A stretch of 64,000 nt of DNA from Octopus sinensis (GCF_006345805.1 NC_043004.1:37820001-37884000), one strand, 5' to 3'; numbered from the stretch's first letter, positions 1-12,240 are shown. The notes: a model not told the origin generated them from the letters alone. Numbers and translations are program-made.

Positions 1-241
1 GTTCGATTCACTTCAACATTTAAGTTTAATTTGTCAAAATATTTTCATCGCTTTAAAACCGCGACCTGTTCACTGACAAAAATCCGTGCTGCATCTAAAT
101 TGTTTTACTAAAACTGCTAACAAGGAAAGAGTGGGTCTCTATATGTGTCTCTGTCAACAAATCTGTGAGATATATAGCTATAGTTTATTCTCATTGTACA
201 TTTGATATTGTTTCCAATACTGTTGATGTGTGTGTGTGTGT

Positions 242-277
<36 letters not shown>

Positions 278-526
278 CTACATAAATATATAGTGCAAAT
301 TATTACTTAAATTGCACAACAGCTAACCAGTATTTAGAACTCCAAGTATATTTTATTTACTTTATTTACATTCGATGGATATTTGTCCTCATCTCAATAG
401 TTGTTAACACAACGTCGAATGTAAATAATGTTCATAATTCCTCATTCCTTAAATATAGAACTGTATTATCCATGTGAATTCTTCTTCATGTTGTTGTCCT
501 CGTATTATTTGGTATGAGTCCATAGT

Positions 527-736
527 TTAACCCTTTCGTTACTGTATTTATTTTGAGATGCTCTGTGTTTCTTTCAGTTAATTTTAAATACAACAAAATA
601 ACTTAGTTATCCTTAAACTAGTTAGGAACATAAATTGTTACTAAGGTTTAGTGGAAGATTTTAATGCAAAACTTATGAAAACAAAACATTTGTGCTACAG
701 AGCCAGTTTCAGCCAGGTTGGTATCGAAAGGGTTAA
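527..736 (+). mobile_element. piggyBac-type MITE, family 1
   Basis: TTAA at both ends, CCCTTT...AAAGGG termini; homologous copies at 12404 and 62523. Confidence 0.8.
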
Positions 737-1974
737 ATATGCCACTGAGTACATTTTCGACATGTACTCTGTGATAGATATACTGGGATTGATTATGATA
801 TTTAATTACACCATCTTAATTATGTTGCATTTACAAAAAAAATATAAATTACACTATGTAAATTATATAATCAAAATGTATTGTAATGTCAATAGAGATG
901 TGTAACCTTAACAATCTCTCGTGTTTTGTCTTGTTTTATATATACTATTGGCACAGACCTGACTGTGTGGTAAGAAGTTTGCTTCCCAACCACAGGGTCT
1001 TGGGTTCAGTCTCACTGCATGGCATCTTGAGCAAGTGTCTTGTACTGTAGCCCAAGCTGATCAAAGCCTTGTGAGTGAATTTAGTAGACAGATGGAAGCT
1101 TGTGTGTGTGTCTTTTTGTTTGTTCCTCAGCTCGACTGACAACTGGTGTTGGTTTGTTTATACTCTTGTAACTAAGTTCTGCAAAAGGCACTGATAGAAT
1201 AAGTACTATGCTTTAAAGAAACAACTATTGGGGTTGATTCATTTGACTAAAACTTGCTATCATATCAGATGATGTCCTATCATCGTCAGTCTTCAACCTG
1301 TAAGAAACAAGAATTGTTCACTATTTTCAGCAATGAAAATCTATATGAAGAGGTTTAAGTGCCACAGTCTGTAGAGATGTGTAACCTTAAAAATCTCATG
1401 TTTTGTCTTGTTTTGTATATACTATTGGCACAAACCTGACTGTGTGGTAAGAGGTTTGCTTCCCAACCACATGGTCTCACTGCATGGCAAGGATGGTTCC
1501 TGGACAACAAGTCCTATATCCTAGCTGTAAAAAGCTACCTGGTCCTTTGACTGTTGAGCCCACCTATAGCACATTACTTTTCTGTCAAAGTGAATTGCCT
1601 TAGCTTCTATCTCAATAGACTTGATCACAAAGTGGCTGGGTTATTTTCCCATAGCTACGTCAGTGATTGATGGACACCAGGATATGTCCACACAGTGATG
1701 GAGCTTTGCACCTCATCTCTGAAACCTACTATTCTGAGATCCCCAGTCATTTAGCCTGTCTAGATGCTGTCTAGATTTTGTGTGTGACCCCACAGAGATA
1801 ACCTAAGAGTCTTTCTCATATCAAACCTTCTTAACAAATACACATTGGCTAGAATGCCTTTGATCATAGTTATACTCAATCAGATTGACTTTGGTTTAAA
1901 CAACAATACTACAGTTAATTATTAAATGTTTAATTTGTCAACATAACTTCATTTATTTTAAATTTTTACATCAG

Positions 1975-2116
1975 TGATGTGAAAAATGGTGATCATGCTG
2001 CAAAAGGTTGGCCTTCAACAGCATATGGTGTTTCCAAGATGGGAGTAACTGCTATGTCTATAATCCAACAGAAAGTTCTTGACAGTGAAGGAAAGGAAGA
2101 TATTGTTGTTAATGCG
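1975..2116 (+). CDS. CBR1: CBR copy A exon 6 (catalytic YGVSK)
   Basis: cag|T GAT GTG ... AAT GCG|gtaatt; 142 nt, same length as in copy B. Confidence 0.93.
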
Positions 2117-4108
2117 GTAATTATCAATTTCATTTTTTATAATTCATTTAAAGTATTTTTATTTATCTATTTGTTACTTGCTGGTTTTGGTTGAAGAGGC
2201 AGTTCTTAAGGCTTTTGCCTCCAAACCAATGAAATTGATGCCATTAATACTTTACTAACACTGTTACAAGTTAACATCTCCAGGAAAGACATTCTGAAAA
2301 AGAAGAATTTGATAAAGTGGCTTGGGCAGGGCCTAAGCATTGGATGAGAGGAGGAGAGACAAGTCAAGTGTGTTTGAGTGGTTAGAGTATGAGATAAGAT
2401 ATCTCTGAAGACTGAGGCCAGTTTAGTAAGGTTATTTTAACTAAAAGCTAGAAAGTATTTCAACCAGTGTTTTTACAGAATCTGCTTCCACCATAATAAA
2501 CACTAACATTAATAATTTCTAAATTAGACGTAAGATAGCATGTTTTCGAAAAGAGAGGTGTAGCTAATATTATCTATCCAGTACTAGGCAGATATCTTAT
2601 TTTGTTGACCCCAGAAGGATAATAAATAAAGTTGATATGGGCAGTATTTGAACAGTGAACATAAAGGAATAGAACTGACTTCCACAATATTTATTTTCCT
2701 GCATTCTACCATTTTTGTCTCTGTCACAATAATGGTAATAATATGTCTTCTCTTTTTCAGTGCTGTCCTGGTTATGTTGACACTGATATGACAAGTCACA
2801 AAGGCCATAAAACTATAGACGAAGGTAAGAGTCTCCATCTAACTATTTGATAATTTTGTTTGTTTTGAGGATCAGTGTGTTTGTATAAAATACAGGGCAT
2901 AGCTGTGTTGTTGACAAGTTTGCTTTAGAACCACATGATTCTGGAGACCCCTTTTGCTGTGTGTCACATTGGACATGTGCCTGGAGGCTGTGGATATGGT
3001 ACTAAGAATAAAGAGGGGTCAAGAATCCTGCCTGAGGTAATGTGAGGCAAATGACCTTAATCATTTGCAACATTAACTTTAAAAAATCAGCCAACCACCA
3101 GATAACCTACTAATGTGGCTTACACAAAAGCTTCATTTTTAGCTGAATGCATCAGTCAACATGGATTAGGGATTAAAAGTAAGAGATAAATAGAACTAGA
3201 ATCTCAAGGCAACTCAAAGGAAGAGGTGATAAATCAGAGTTATCAAGCACTCTCTAGAAGGATGAAAAGCAAAGCTGATCTTTGTAGTATTTAGACTTAG
3301 AATGCAAAGAACTGGAACAAATACCATTAGACATTTTTTCTGCTATTCTAATGATTCTGGTATCTTACCATCTTTAGGAGTGAAGAAATAATAAAAGTCT
3401 TTAAGGAATGAGGAATCAGTAATAATTCGATGGTACTTAAGACTGAAATATGGAAAATAGCAGCAAAACATAGACTTAGTTGATGGGAGTAAGCAATTAG
3501 ATTTAAATGAGGCCAGGGAACAGAAGAACGAAGAAGAAAGAAGACATGCACCCAACACCAGAGCTGAAGACACCTCCGAGAGAGGCGGGGCCCCACCACG
3601 TCAAAACGGTAGAAGAGTAGGGTCCGAAACCGGACGTGGTTCCTCCTGATGATGTCTTGAGCTAACTGGATCCTATAAAGGATCTGTTGTGGTAGCAGAC
3701 CACGAAACACAGTTGTAATTCCTCCTCAGTACAATGTGCATTATAAACTGAGTAATAGTGTTCATACAAAGTTGATGGTTTAGTCTGTTGCTACTCCATA
3801 TTTCTCACTCTATACACTTGTTTAGGTGACAAGATGTCACCTCAGTTAATGCCGAAAGCAAGGAATTTGGAAAATGGTAGTAGAGTGAATCATTCCCATT
3901 GAACAGATATATAAACTCTATTATATATATTATGTTTTTCCTAAAACATATCAACTTTGTCATAAATATTTTTTTCTCTCCCTCTCTCTTTTCACTTCTC
4001 TTTAATAAAGGTGCTGATACTCCAGTGTATCTTGCCTTACTGCCGCCGAATGTTAAAGAACCACGTGGTAATTATGTATCAGAACGTCAAATTCATGAAT
4101 GGAAATAA
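1975..4108 (+). CDS. CBR1: Carbonyl reductase [NADPH] 1-like, copy A (3' part only: exons 6-8; 5' exons lie upstream of the window)
   Basis: Exons 1975-2116, 2761-2824 and 4011-4108 join via GT-AG introns in frame to ...DVKNGDHAAKGWPSTAYGVSKMGVTAMS...IVVNA-CCPGYVDTDMTSHKGHKTIDEG-ADTPVYLALLPPNVKEPRGNYVSERQIHEWK*. It has the SDR YxxxK motif and the CBR-type CCPG motif. AATAAA at 4195-4200. Symbol denotes family, not strict orthology. Confidence 0.93.
2761..2824 (+). CDS. CBR1: CBR copy A exon 7 (CCPGYVDTDM)
   Basis: ttcag|TGC ... GAA G|gtaag; 64 nt. Confidence 0.93.
4011..4108 (+). CDS. CBR1: CBR copy A exon 8 (last coding exon)
   Basis: aag|GT GCT GAT ... TGG AAA TAA; 98 nt. Confidence 0.93.
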
Positions 4109-5060
4109 ACAGAAGATAAATGTTTTCCTTCTGAATCTACAGAAAAATAATCATACCTGCATGAAAAAAGAAATTTAATCATTTATATTTACAAAATAAA
4201 CAATTTTAATTGTAATTGAATGTTTGTTTGTTTATTTATTTATTTATTTTTGTAAGATTATTCTAAGATTAAATGAAGAATACATTTCTATATTTTAAAA
4301 TAATTGATGATATAAGAATCAAACTGTTGATTCTTAGCCAATGCTTCATGGCATTAACCAGAGAAAAGGGTTATGATTTCTAATGGATGTTCAATTTTGG
4401 ATTTCCTGTTTTGAATGTACTCTTAGCATCTGAATCCTCATAGTTATTATTGTCAATCTATATTTATTTTTTTAAATGCTAGAATGCGTTGGATGGGTCT
4501 CACAACATCTTACCTTTTATTTCTGTGACTGAATATTCTTCCTATTGCCAACTACTTTAAAGCATGTATTGAGTGGATTTTATTGTGTCACCAATACTGA
4601 TGAAGTTGTCTGATGTGAAATTAAATAACCTCCATTTTGTTCCACTTGTTATTGGTGTTACTACTTTCAAAAATGGATAGCTTGCAATGCAGTTTGCAGA
4701 GTTCATATCTTATTCATATGATCCGTTTTTGACAGGTTTCTCCATCTGGATGCCGTTCTTATCACCAATCACTTCACAGTCTTGACTGGATGCATTTTAT
4801 CATGCCACCAGCATTAAAGAAAATGTCTACAACAGGACTACAGAGGTCTCTTTTCTGTTTCAATAATATAACTTTATCACTTCTCATGTCTTCCCAGGTC
4901 TTCCATTCTATCTGGCAGCAGTCACATTTTCTCTCTGTATTGTCTCCATTTGCCTTATTCTCCCTGTTAGTGCAATTGTGTCTCCTCTACCCTACCCAAG
5001 GTTAGAGAAGGGTTGTGTCATCTGCATGAGAGTTGGCATTGTTGGATGAGATGAAGTACA

Positions 5061-5349
5061 TCATCATCATCATCATCATCATCATCGTTTAACGTCCGTT
5101 TTCCAGTCTAGCATGGGTTGGACGGTTCAAATGGGGTCTGGGAAGCCAGAAGGCTGCACCAGGCCCAGTCTGATCTGGCAGTGTTTCTACAGCTGGATGC
5201 CCTTCCTAGCGCCAACCACTCCGAGAGTGTAGTGGGTGGTTGGCATTAGGAAGGGCATCCAACTGTAGAAACACTGCCAGATCAGACTGGGCCTGGCGCA
5301 GCCTTCTGGCTTCCCAGACCCCAGTTGAACCATCCAACCCATGCTAGCA
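5061..5349. repeat. RTE 3'-UTR copy folded back on itself (about 112-bp arms)
   Basis: (CAT)n tail, then arms about 5108-5219 and 5237-5349 reverse-complementary. Confidence 0.85.
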
Positions 5350-5599
5350 TCATTAATATTCAGAAGAAAGAGTGATGGTGGTGATGGGGCAATACAGAAC
5401 CCAGAGAAACACCAGCGTTGATGAAGAATGGAGCAGAAAGAGTACCATCAACACATGCTACAATTGAATGATCTCCTAGGAAGTTATCTTCCTGGAGCTC
5501 ACAAGAGAATGTTTGTGTCATAACCTACACTTGATACCATGACAAAACAGTGACTTTTTCAACTCATCTGCATTCTGCAACATCATGCAAATTTATATA

Positions 5600-5950
5600 A
5601 AATATCCCTGGATCATACCTTATTTCTGTCAAATCTCTAAAAATCTACGTTCAGTATCCGTGACTCCCTACCAGATTTAATAGAAAATGGAGCAAGAGAT
5701 GGGTGAGGCTCATAGGTGGGAAGTTTTGATTGGAGGATTGCATGCCAGACACAATTGAAAGCGTTGGTGATGCCTAGCGCAACAATATTTCTTTTTTTAA
5801 ACTTCTCTAAAGCCACTGGTGATATTAGAAAATAGGTCTCCAGTATCTCTGACTCTACAGAAGCCACACTAGTGGTCACTGAGGAGGAAATGAGAGACTC
5901 AAGAATGGATGAGTCAGTTTGATTGCTTGTCTTTAGAATGGGACACACAT
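5600..5950 (-). pseudogene. Decayed non-LTR reverse transcriptase fragment
   Basis: IVALGITNAFNCVWHAILQSKL resembles the RT motif LD.SKAFD.VWH..LL.KL. Confidence 0.6.
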
Positions 5951-7989
5951 GCTTCTAAATATCAGAGTATATCTTCACAGAGAGTGAAAGATTTAAGTGT
6001 TTAACGATTTTTGAGCAAGTTCTGTGGCACTGCATTTGCGTAGAATGGATGGGATATCATGGCTGATTTATTTGTTTGAAGCAGCTGGATGTATTTCTGC
6101 ACTTGGCATGTGAGGAATCTATTACTATGAAAAATGGGATATTTGTAGGGGACTGGCAGAGGGTGCATGATGTGGAGTTGGAGACAAAGCAGGTAGCAAA
6201 GATAGAGATTTTCTCCATGGGAGCGTTTTTTTACAGAGCCATCACTGTTTAGAAGAAGAAAGAAATCCTTTAAAATGGTAGAAGTTGATTTAACAGGGGA
6301 TCAGATGCAGTTTTGGATTTGAGAAAACCTGAGAGTCATGTAATACAGAAAGGTAGCCTTTACATACCAGATAGTGGTCTTACAGCAGTTATGCTCCTGG
6401 GTGAATGCTACCCTGTTACAGGAAGTGGGTGAGATTATCTTATTACTGTATATATGTATGTATGTATGTATACATAAATACACAAGGAAAGAAACAATTT
6501 TGAAATTGTGTATATATATAATTTGAAAATAATTACTTTTAATTATACAAAAACAAGATTGATTGAACAAAGAACTCAAAACATACCTGTCAAAAATCAT
6601 CAGAATGTTGATAGGAAGTTCAAAGGGTCAGTAGTGGTGACTTACTTAAACTGTAAATTGAAAGGTGGTAATTGGACACACAAGTACCATTGAAGCTACC
6701 TAAGGTTGAGGGACATTATTCAAAATAGGAACCAAATGGTTAGAAGAAGTAATGGTAGAATGAATAACAGTGGTTACAATTTATTGAGAGGAAGTAGGGG
6801 CTTAACACTAAATATGTTAATTACAGAAATAGTGCAAAAGTGATCAAAGAGGAAACTAAGGGTGTTAAATGGGCTTTGTGAATTGACATATCAGAAACAA
6901 TAAAAGAAAGCTGCTTATTTATTAATTTATAGGCGCAGGAGTGGCTGTGTGGTAAGTAGCTTGCTTACCAACCACATGGTTCTGGGTTCAGTCCCACTGT
7001 GTGGCACCTTGGGCAAGTGTCTTCTACCATAGCCTCGGGCTGACCAAAGCCTTGTGAGTGGATTTAGTAGATGGAAACTGAAAGAAGCCCGTCGTATATC
7101 TCTTATTATAAAAGGCAGATTTTATCTGCCTCCCTTTGTCAGTTATAGAAATCTACAATATAGGATTTCTTCAATTACAATTTACTTAGCATTTTTAAGA
7201 GTAGAATGCATCGGGTTTTGCCAGGTCCACTTTTTAAAATTTAAACTCCAATTAAGCAAAATTTACAGAAAACTCACATTCTGGTGTGTATGTCAAATGC
7301 TTTTCTTAATGTGTTTTACACCACACGCACACGCACACACACAGTGTGCAACGAATAAAATGAAACTAATTCACCTTTTGTAGTGAGTGACTCTTTCAGT
7401 CTGCCACTTCCTCTTTACACACATAGACACGCAAATATATAAATAAAATTGTAAGCTAATGTGCGTGTGTGTGAGTGTGTGTGTGTGTGTGTGTGCGTGC
7501 GTGAGTGTGTGACAGGAAAGTATTTTAGGACGAATATAAGACCTATATCGGCGATGTTTCGCTTGTCGTAGCACAGGTTTCCGTCGATTTCCATAAAAAA
7601 CTTATATTTTATTACATAAGTAATGAGAGCGAAAGAGACTAAGAGAAAGCGATTGTATGACGAGGGAAGTTCTTTTGAAGTTACCGTGCATGGGACGCAT
7701 TGATGTACATGTGTGTGTGTGTGTGTGTTTGATGGAGTGTGGGAGACAGACAGTATGTTGTGTAAGTGAAGTGCTTCTGTTAGTGTGTGTGAAGAGACAG
7801 AGAGAGTAATGTGTGAAAGAGAGAGATAACTGAAATTTTTTACTCGGTTTATGTGTATATGTATGTATGCATGTATGTGTATGTATGTATGTATGTATGT
7901 ATGGCCGATTCAGTGTTTACATTTTTTACGGAAATCGACGGAAATGTGTGCTACGACAAGCGAAACATCGCCCCTATATCCAAGTAGCA

Positions 7990-8450
7990 GAAAGATCGCC
8001 CAAAAGTGTAGATAGATATTTAAATGTATTTATATATTCATCTATACACAGATGTATGTATAATGTGTGTGTATATATTTCCATACACGTAACCATTCAC
8101 TCCGCACAAAGTTTTTTAGGACAAAAATAAAGTTATCTCTAAGTAGCACAGAGATCGCCCAAAAGTGTATATAGATATATAAATGTATTTATATATTCAT
8201 CTATGCACACATGTATGTATAACGTGTGTGTATATATTTCCATAGAGGTAACCATTCACTCCATACAAAGTTTTTTAGCATGAAAATAAGATCTAAAGTT
8301 ATCTCTAAGAAACAGAAAGATCGCCCAAAAGTGTATATAGATATTTAAATGTATTTATATATTCATCTATACACACATGTATGTATAATGTGCGTGTATA
8401 TATTTCCATAGAGGTAACCATTCAATCCATACAAAGTTTTTTAGGACGAA
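7990..8450. repeat. Tandem array, 3 x about 160 bp, inside the composite Helitron
   Basis: agatcgcccaaaagtgta recurs at about 7994, 8153 and 8318. Confidence 0.9.
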
Positions 8451-8701
8451 AATATTTATATATAAAAGAAAGGTTTTGTGTCTGTCTACTCCGATTTAGA
8501 TTCCTAACTACTCCCACATTTTGCGATGCAGTTTAACCAAAACCAGGTATCTTATAGTCGTGATTCATATTGAGCTCTTCTGGGTATTAGCGCGCGTCTA
8601 CGATGAGTCTATGATTTTACAAATAATTTACCATCATTTTTTTCCATTTTAATGCATATTTTTAAAAATAAACGGAAGTAACTCTCAAACTTCACACCAA
8701 T

Positions 8702-9223
8702 ATGCATGCTCATATGCGACGTAATATCACATCAGCAGCATTTCCTCACACCCTCCTTGCACTTGGCGAAGGCAAAATACCAGGGGATGAAAATGGTAAT
8801 ATTGCCATCGATTCCATTTGTACCATTGTTAAGACGCCTTCTGATCTCAGAGATGCAGTGTTCCCAGATCTACAAGCTAATTATCAGAATATGGATTGGA
8901 TTGGCAAAAAGGCTATACTGGCCCCGAGGAATAAAACTGTTCACCATATTAATGATGAAATGCTAAAACTCATTCCTGGGGAAGTCTATGTATATCAGTC
9001 TATCGATACAACTCCTGACCCAGAGGACGTCATCAACTATCCAATAGAGGTACTCAATTCCTTTGAGCACCCCGGACTACCACCACACTTTCTCAAACTT
9101 AAAGTTGGTGCCCCTATAATGCTCATCAGAAATTTGGTTCCCCCAAAACAATGCAATGGCACGCGTTTGATCGTTAAGTCCTTATCTCCCACCGTAAGCT
9201 TATATCAATATTTGCCTGAATAA
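8702..9223 (+). pseudogene. Helitron Rep/Hel PIF1-type helicase fragment (173-aa ORF)
   Basis: AILAPRN..V..IN, YQSID, PPHFLKLKVGAPIMLIRNL...CNGTRL motifs of Helitron PIF1 helicases; truncated on both sides. Confidence 0.9.
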
Positions 9224-11299
9224 TCATCATAATTCAGTGCAATCATTAACAGTACTTTCAAGCAATTCAGCCCCGAGCAACGCCGGGCAATTCTGCTAGT
9301 ATATATATATATGTGCGTGTGATTGTGTGTCTGTGTTTGTCCCCCTAGCTTTGCTTGACAACCAATGCTGGTGTGTTTATGTCCCCGTCACTAAGTGGTT
9401 CGGCAAAAGAGACCGATAGAATAAGTACTGGGCTTACAAAGAATAAGTCCTGGGGTCGAGTTGCTCGATTAAAGGTGGTGCTCCAGCATGGCCGCAGTCA
9501 AATGACTGAAACAAGTAAAAGAGTAAAGAGTATGTAACTTTTACTAAAAGAAAGCAGTTGTTAAAGTGTACACTGTTAAGAAAATTCTAATGTGTGTGTG
9601 TTTTTTATATCAGAATGTGGTTTTCAAAGAACTTTTATTATTGAAAAATGCAACTACAGAAAGCTAATTTTAATTTACTGCCAAACAGCATTTTATAACA
9701 CAGCAATATAACGTTCACTATCTGTCTTCTCTCCCTCTCTCTCTCTCTCATGCGCCATAAGATTACTTTCTACAGACATATCATTAAAAATATTTTTTCT
9801 CCAAGTTATAAGTTTAATTCATTATCAGTCAAATTATGTCTTTATTGCCCACAGGGGGCTAAACATAGAAGGGGCAAACAAGGACAGACAAAGGGATTAA
9901 GTCGATTACATTGTCCCTAGTGTATAGCTGGTACTTATTCAATCGACCCCGAAAGGATGAAAGCAAAGTCGACCTTTGCAGAATTTGAACTCAGAACGTA
10001 ACGGCAGCTAACGTTTCCGCCAGCTCACTGCCTTTTATCAGTCAAATTAATGTTGATTCCAGTATCCTTTCCCATTTGTTGGGTGTTGTTGAAGAAATAG
10101 AAAACTTTTGATAGGTAATTCCTTCGCTGAGATCACTGATCATGTTATCTTAGTTCATATGATGAACAGGAATAAAAAAATAAAAAAATCATTTCCCCTC
10201 CTCTGTAGATCTGTAATTATGTATTTATATAGGTAATTAATACAAGAATGTACAAATATATATATTGACAGAAAAGTCTGGTCCGCCTGTAAATTTTTCA
10301 ATGACTTTTACATACTAGATATGCGTGGTAAGTATCTTGTTTACCAACCACATGGTTCCGGGTTCAGTCCCACTGTATGGCACCTTGGGCAAGTGTCTTC
10401 TACTATAGCCTCAGGCCGACCAAAGCCTTGTAAGTGGATTTGGTAGACGGAAACTGAAAAGAAGCCTGTCGTATATATGTATATATATATATATATATAT
10501 ATAAGTAATTAAGGGTTTAGCAACGATTTGCCTCACCGCACACCGAATTTAGAAATAGCAGTCAAAAAGTTTTGGCTATTCTTTCTACTTTTAAGTAGAA
10601 AGAATAGCCAAATCGTTGCTGAACCCTTATTTACTTAGTACTACTTAAACCTTCCTTGAATGGTTCTTTTACATGCCGAACCCTACTTGGTGAAATTAAT
10701 GATTATTTCTAAATTAATTAATTTCACCCTTTATTATTGATATATATATGTGTATATATATATATGCGTGTTTGTGTGTCTGTGTTTGTGTGTCTGTGTT
10801 TGTCTCCCTAGCATTGCTTGACAACCGATGCTGGTGTGTTTATGTCCCCGTTACTTAGCGGTTCCGCAAAAGAGACCGATAGAATAAGTACTGGGCTTAC
10901 AAAAGAATAAGTCCCAGGGTCGAGTTGCTCGATTAAAGGCGGTGCTCCAGCATGGCCACAGTCAAATGTCTGAAACAAGTAAAAGAGAATTTCAGTTCAC
11001 AGTCATGCAAAGTAATGAAATCTCCTGTGACTAACTGATTGATTGTTCGGTGATGTCAACACATTAATTGATTTCTTCATAAATTTTAACACTATCGCTG
11101 AGTGTGTGCCATTATTCTAAATTTGATTACCAAATGAATAAGTGTTGTCAGATGAATAATGGGTACATACATATCACAGTATATCGTGACATGTGCTGTA
11201 CTTCACTTACTGAAGGCTATGGGTTCAAGTCTGACTGCATGTACCTTTAGTTATAACCGAAAATATATTGTACGGTGTTGAAATTTGTTGCAGTTTTAC

Positions 11300-11600
11300 C
11301 AATATCATCATCATCATCATCATTTAACGTCTGTTTTCCGTGCTAGCACAAGTTGGACGGTTCGACCGGGGTCTGGGAAGCCAGGAGGCTGCACCAGGCT
11401 CCAGTCTGATCTGGCAGTGTTTCTACAGCTGGATGCCCTTCCTAACACCAACCACTCTGTGAATGTAGTGGGTGCTTTTTATGTGCCACCAGCACAGAAG
11501 CCAGTCAAGGCAGCGCTGGCATCGGCCACGTTCAGATGGTGCTTTTTATGTGCCACCGGCGCAGGTATCACAACTACTATTTCCATTTGATATTTATTTC
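11300..11600 (-). repeat. RTE 3'-UTR truncated copy
   Basis: (CAT)n tail plus ccaacccatgctagcatgg family sequence. Confidence 0.8.
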
Positions 11601-11779
11601 GATGTTGTATAGTAACTGAATAATATTTTAGGTAAGCTATGTTTTTGATGTCATTCCACAGTTAAGTTTGTATATTTTTTGATGTAATGATAAAAATAGC
11701 TTAATATCTTTCAAGGTTTAAGAGATGACAAATGTATAATGAAGAATGTAGTTTTCAAAGAAGTTCTCTATGTAGTCTT

Positions 11780-12240
11780 CACCTTTATTAATATCTATGT
11801 GGATTCTGCATCATTCCATGAACCAGAAAAAGATAAAATTTCAAAGGAGATTATGCATTTTATAATTCTCAATAATTTTTAAACTTCATATAACTCAGAA
11901 AATAATTGTGGAATTTATACAAATATTTTATAAATTTGCTTGAATGTTTCATCTAAGAACTTATCTAAGTCTAGATTGCTATTGAGAATAATCTTTACGT
12001 TTAAATTTTGGAAAATTTTGGTTAATTTAGTCTTGAATTTATCTGCTTGCTGTCTTTTTACATTTCTGAAGATTAATAGACCATCATCTCCATAAATGTT
12101 TCTATTAATGGTGTGAAATTTATCATCAACTGAGCCTAAAATATATATTCCAATAAAAGTTGAATTGTCTGAAATTTCTGTCTTCCATTCTTACACCACA
12201 TAAATCTGTACTAACTACATAAGTTCTATTGAAAGAAATA
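11780..12240 (-). pseudogene. Decayed Penelope-like element (PLE) reverse transcriptase fragment
   Basis: Frame reading TEIS..TFIGIYILG...NIYGDDGLLIFRN...DKFKTKLTKIFQNF matches the recalled PLE pattern AEICELVGLYIL...GLYRDDGL; YGDDGL at 12077-12094. Confidence 0.6.

Larger units (their letters stand above)
7099..9299 (+). mobile_element. Composite non-autonomous Helitron (2201 bp) inserted in a SINE
   Basis: Starts TC at 7099 after an A, ends with hairpin cccgagcaacgccggg then CTAG (9296-9299) before a T, no TSD. SINE sequence stops at 7098 and resumes at 9300. Confidence 0.85.

Noticed and set aside
3560-3720. CpG-rich patch with hammerhead half-motifs (CTGAAGA...GAAACCGGAC; GTGGT/ACCAC-GAAAC)
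   Set aside because: Neither has a complete core plus cleavage triplet and stem I; it lies next to a decayed LINE-like 3' end.
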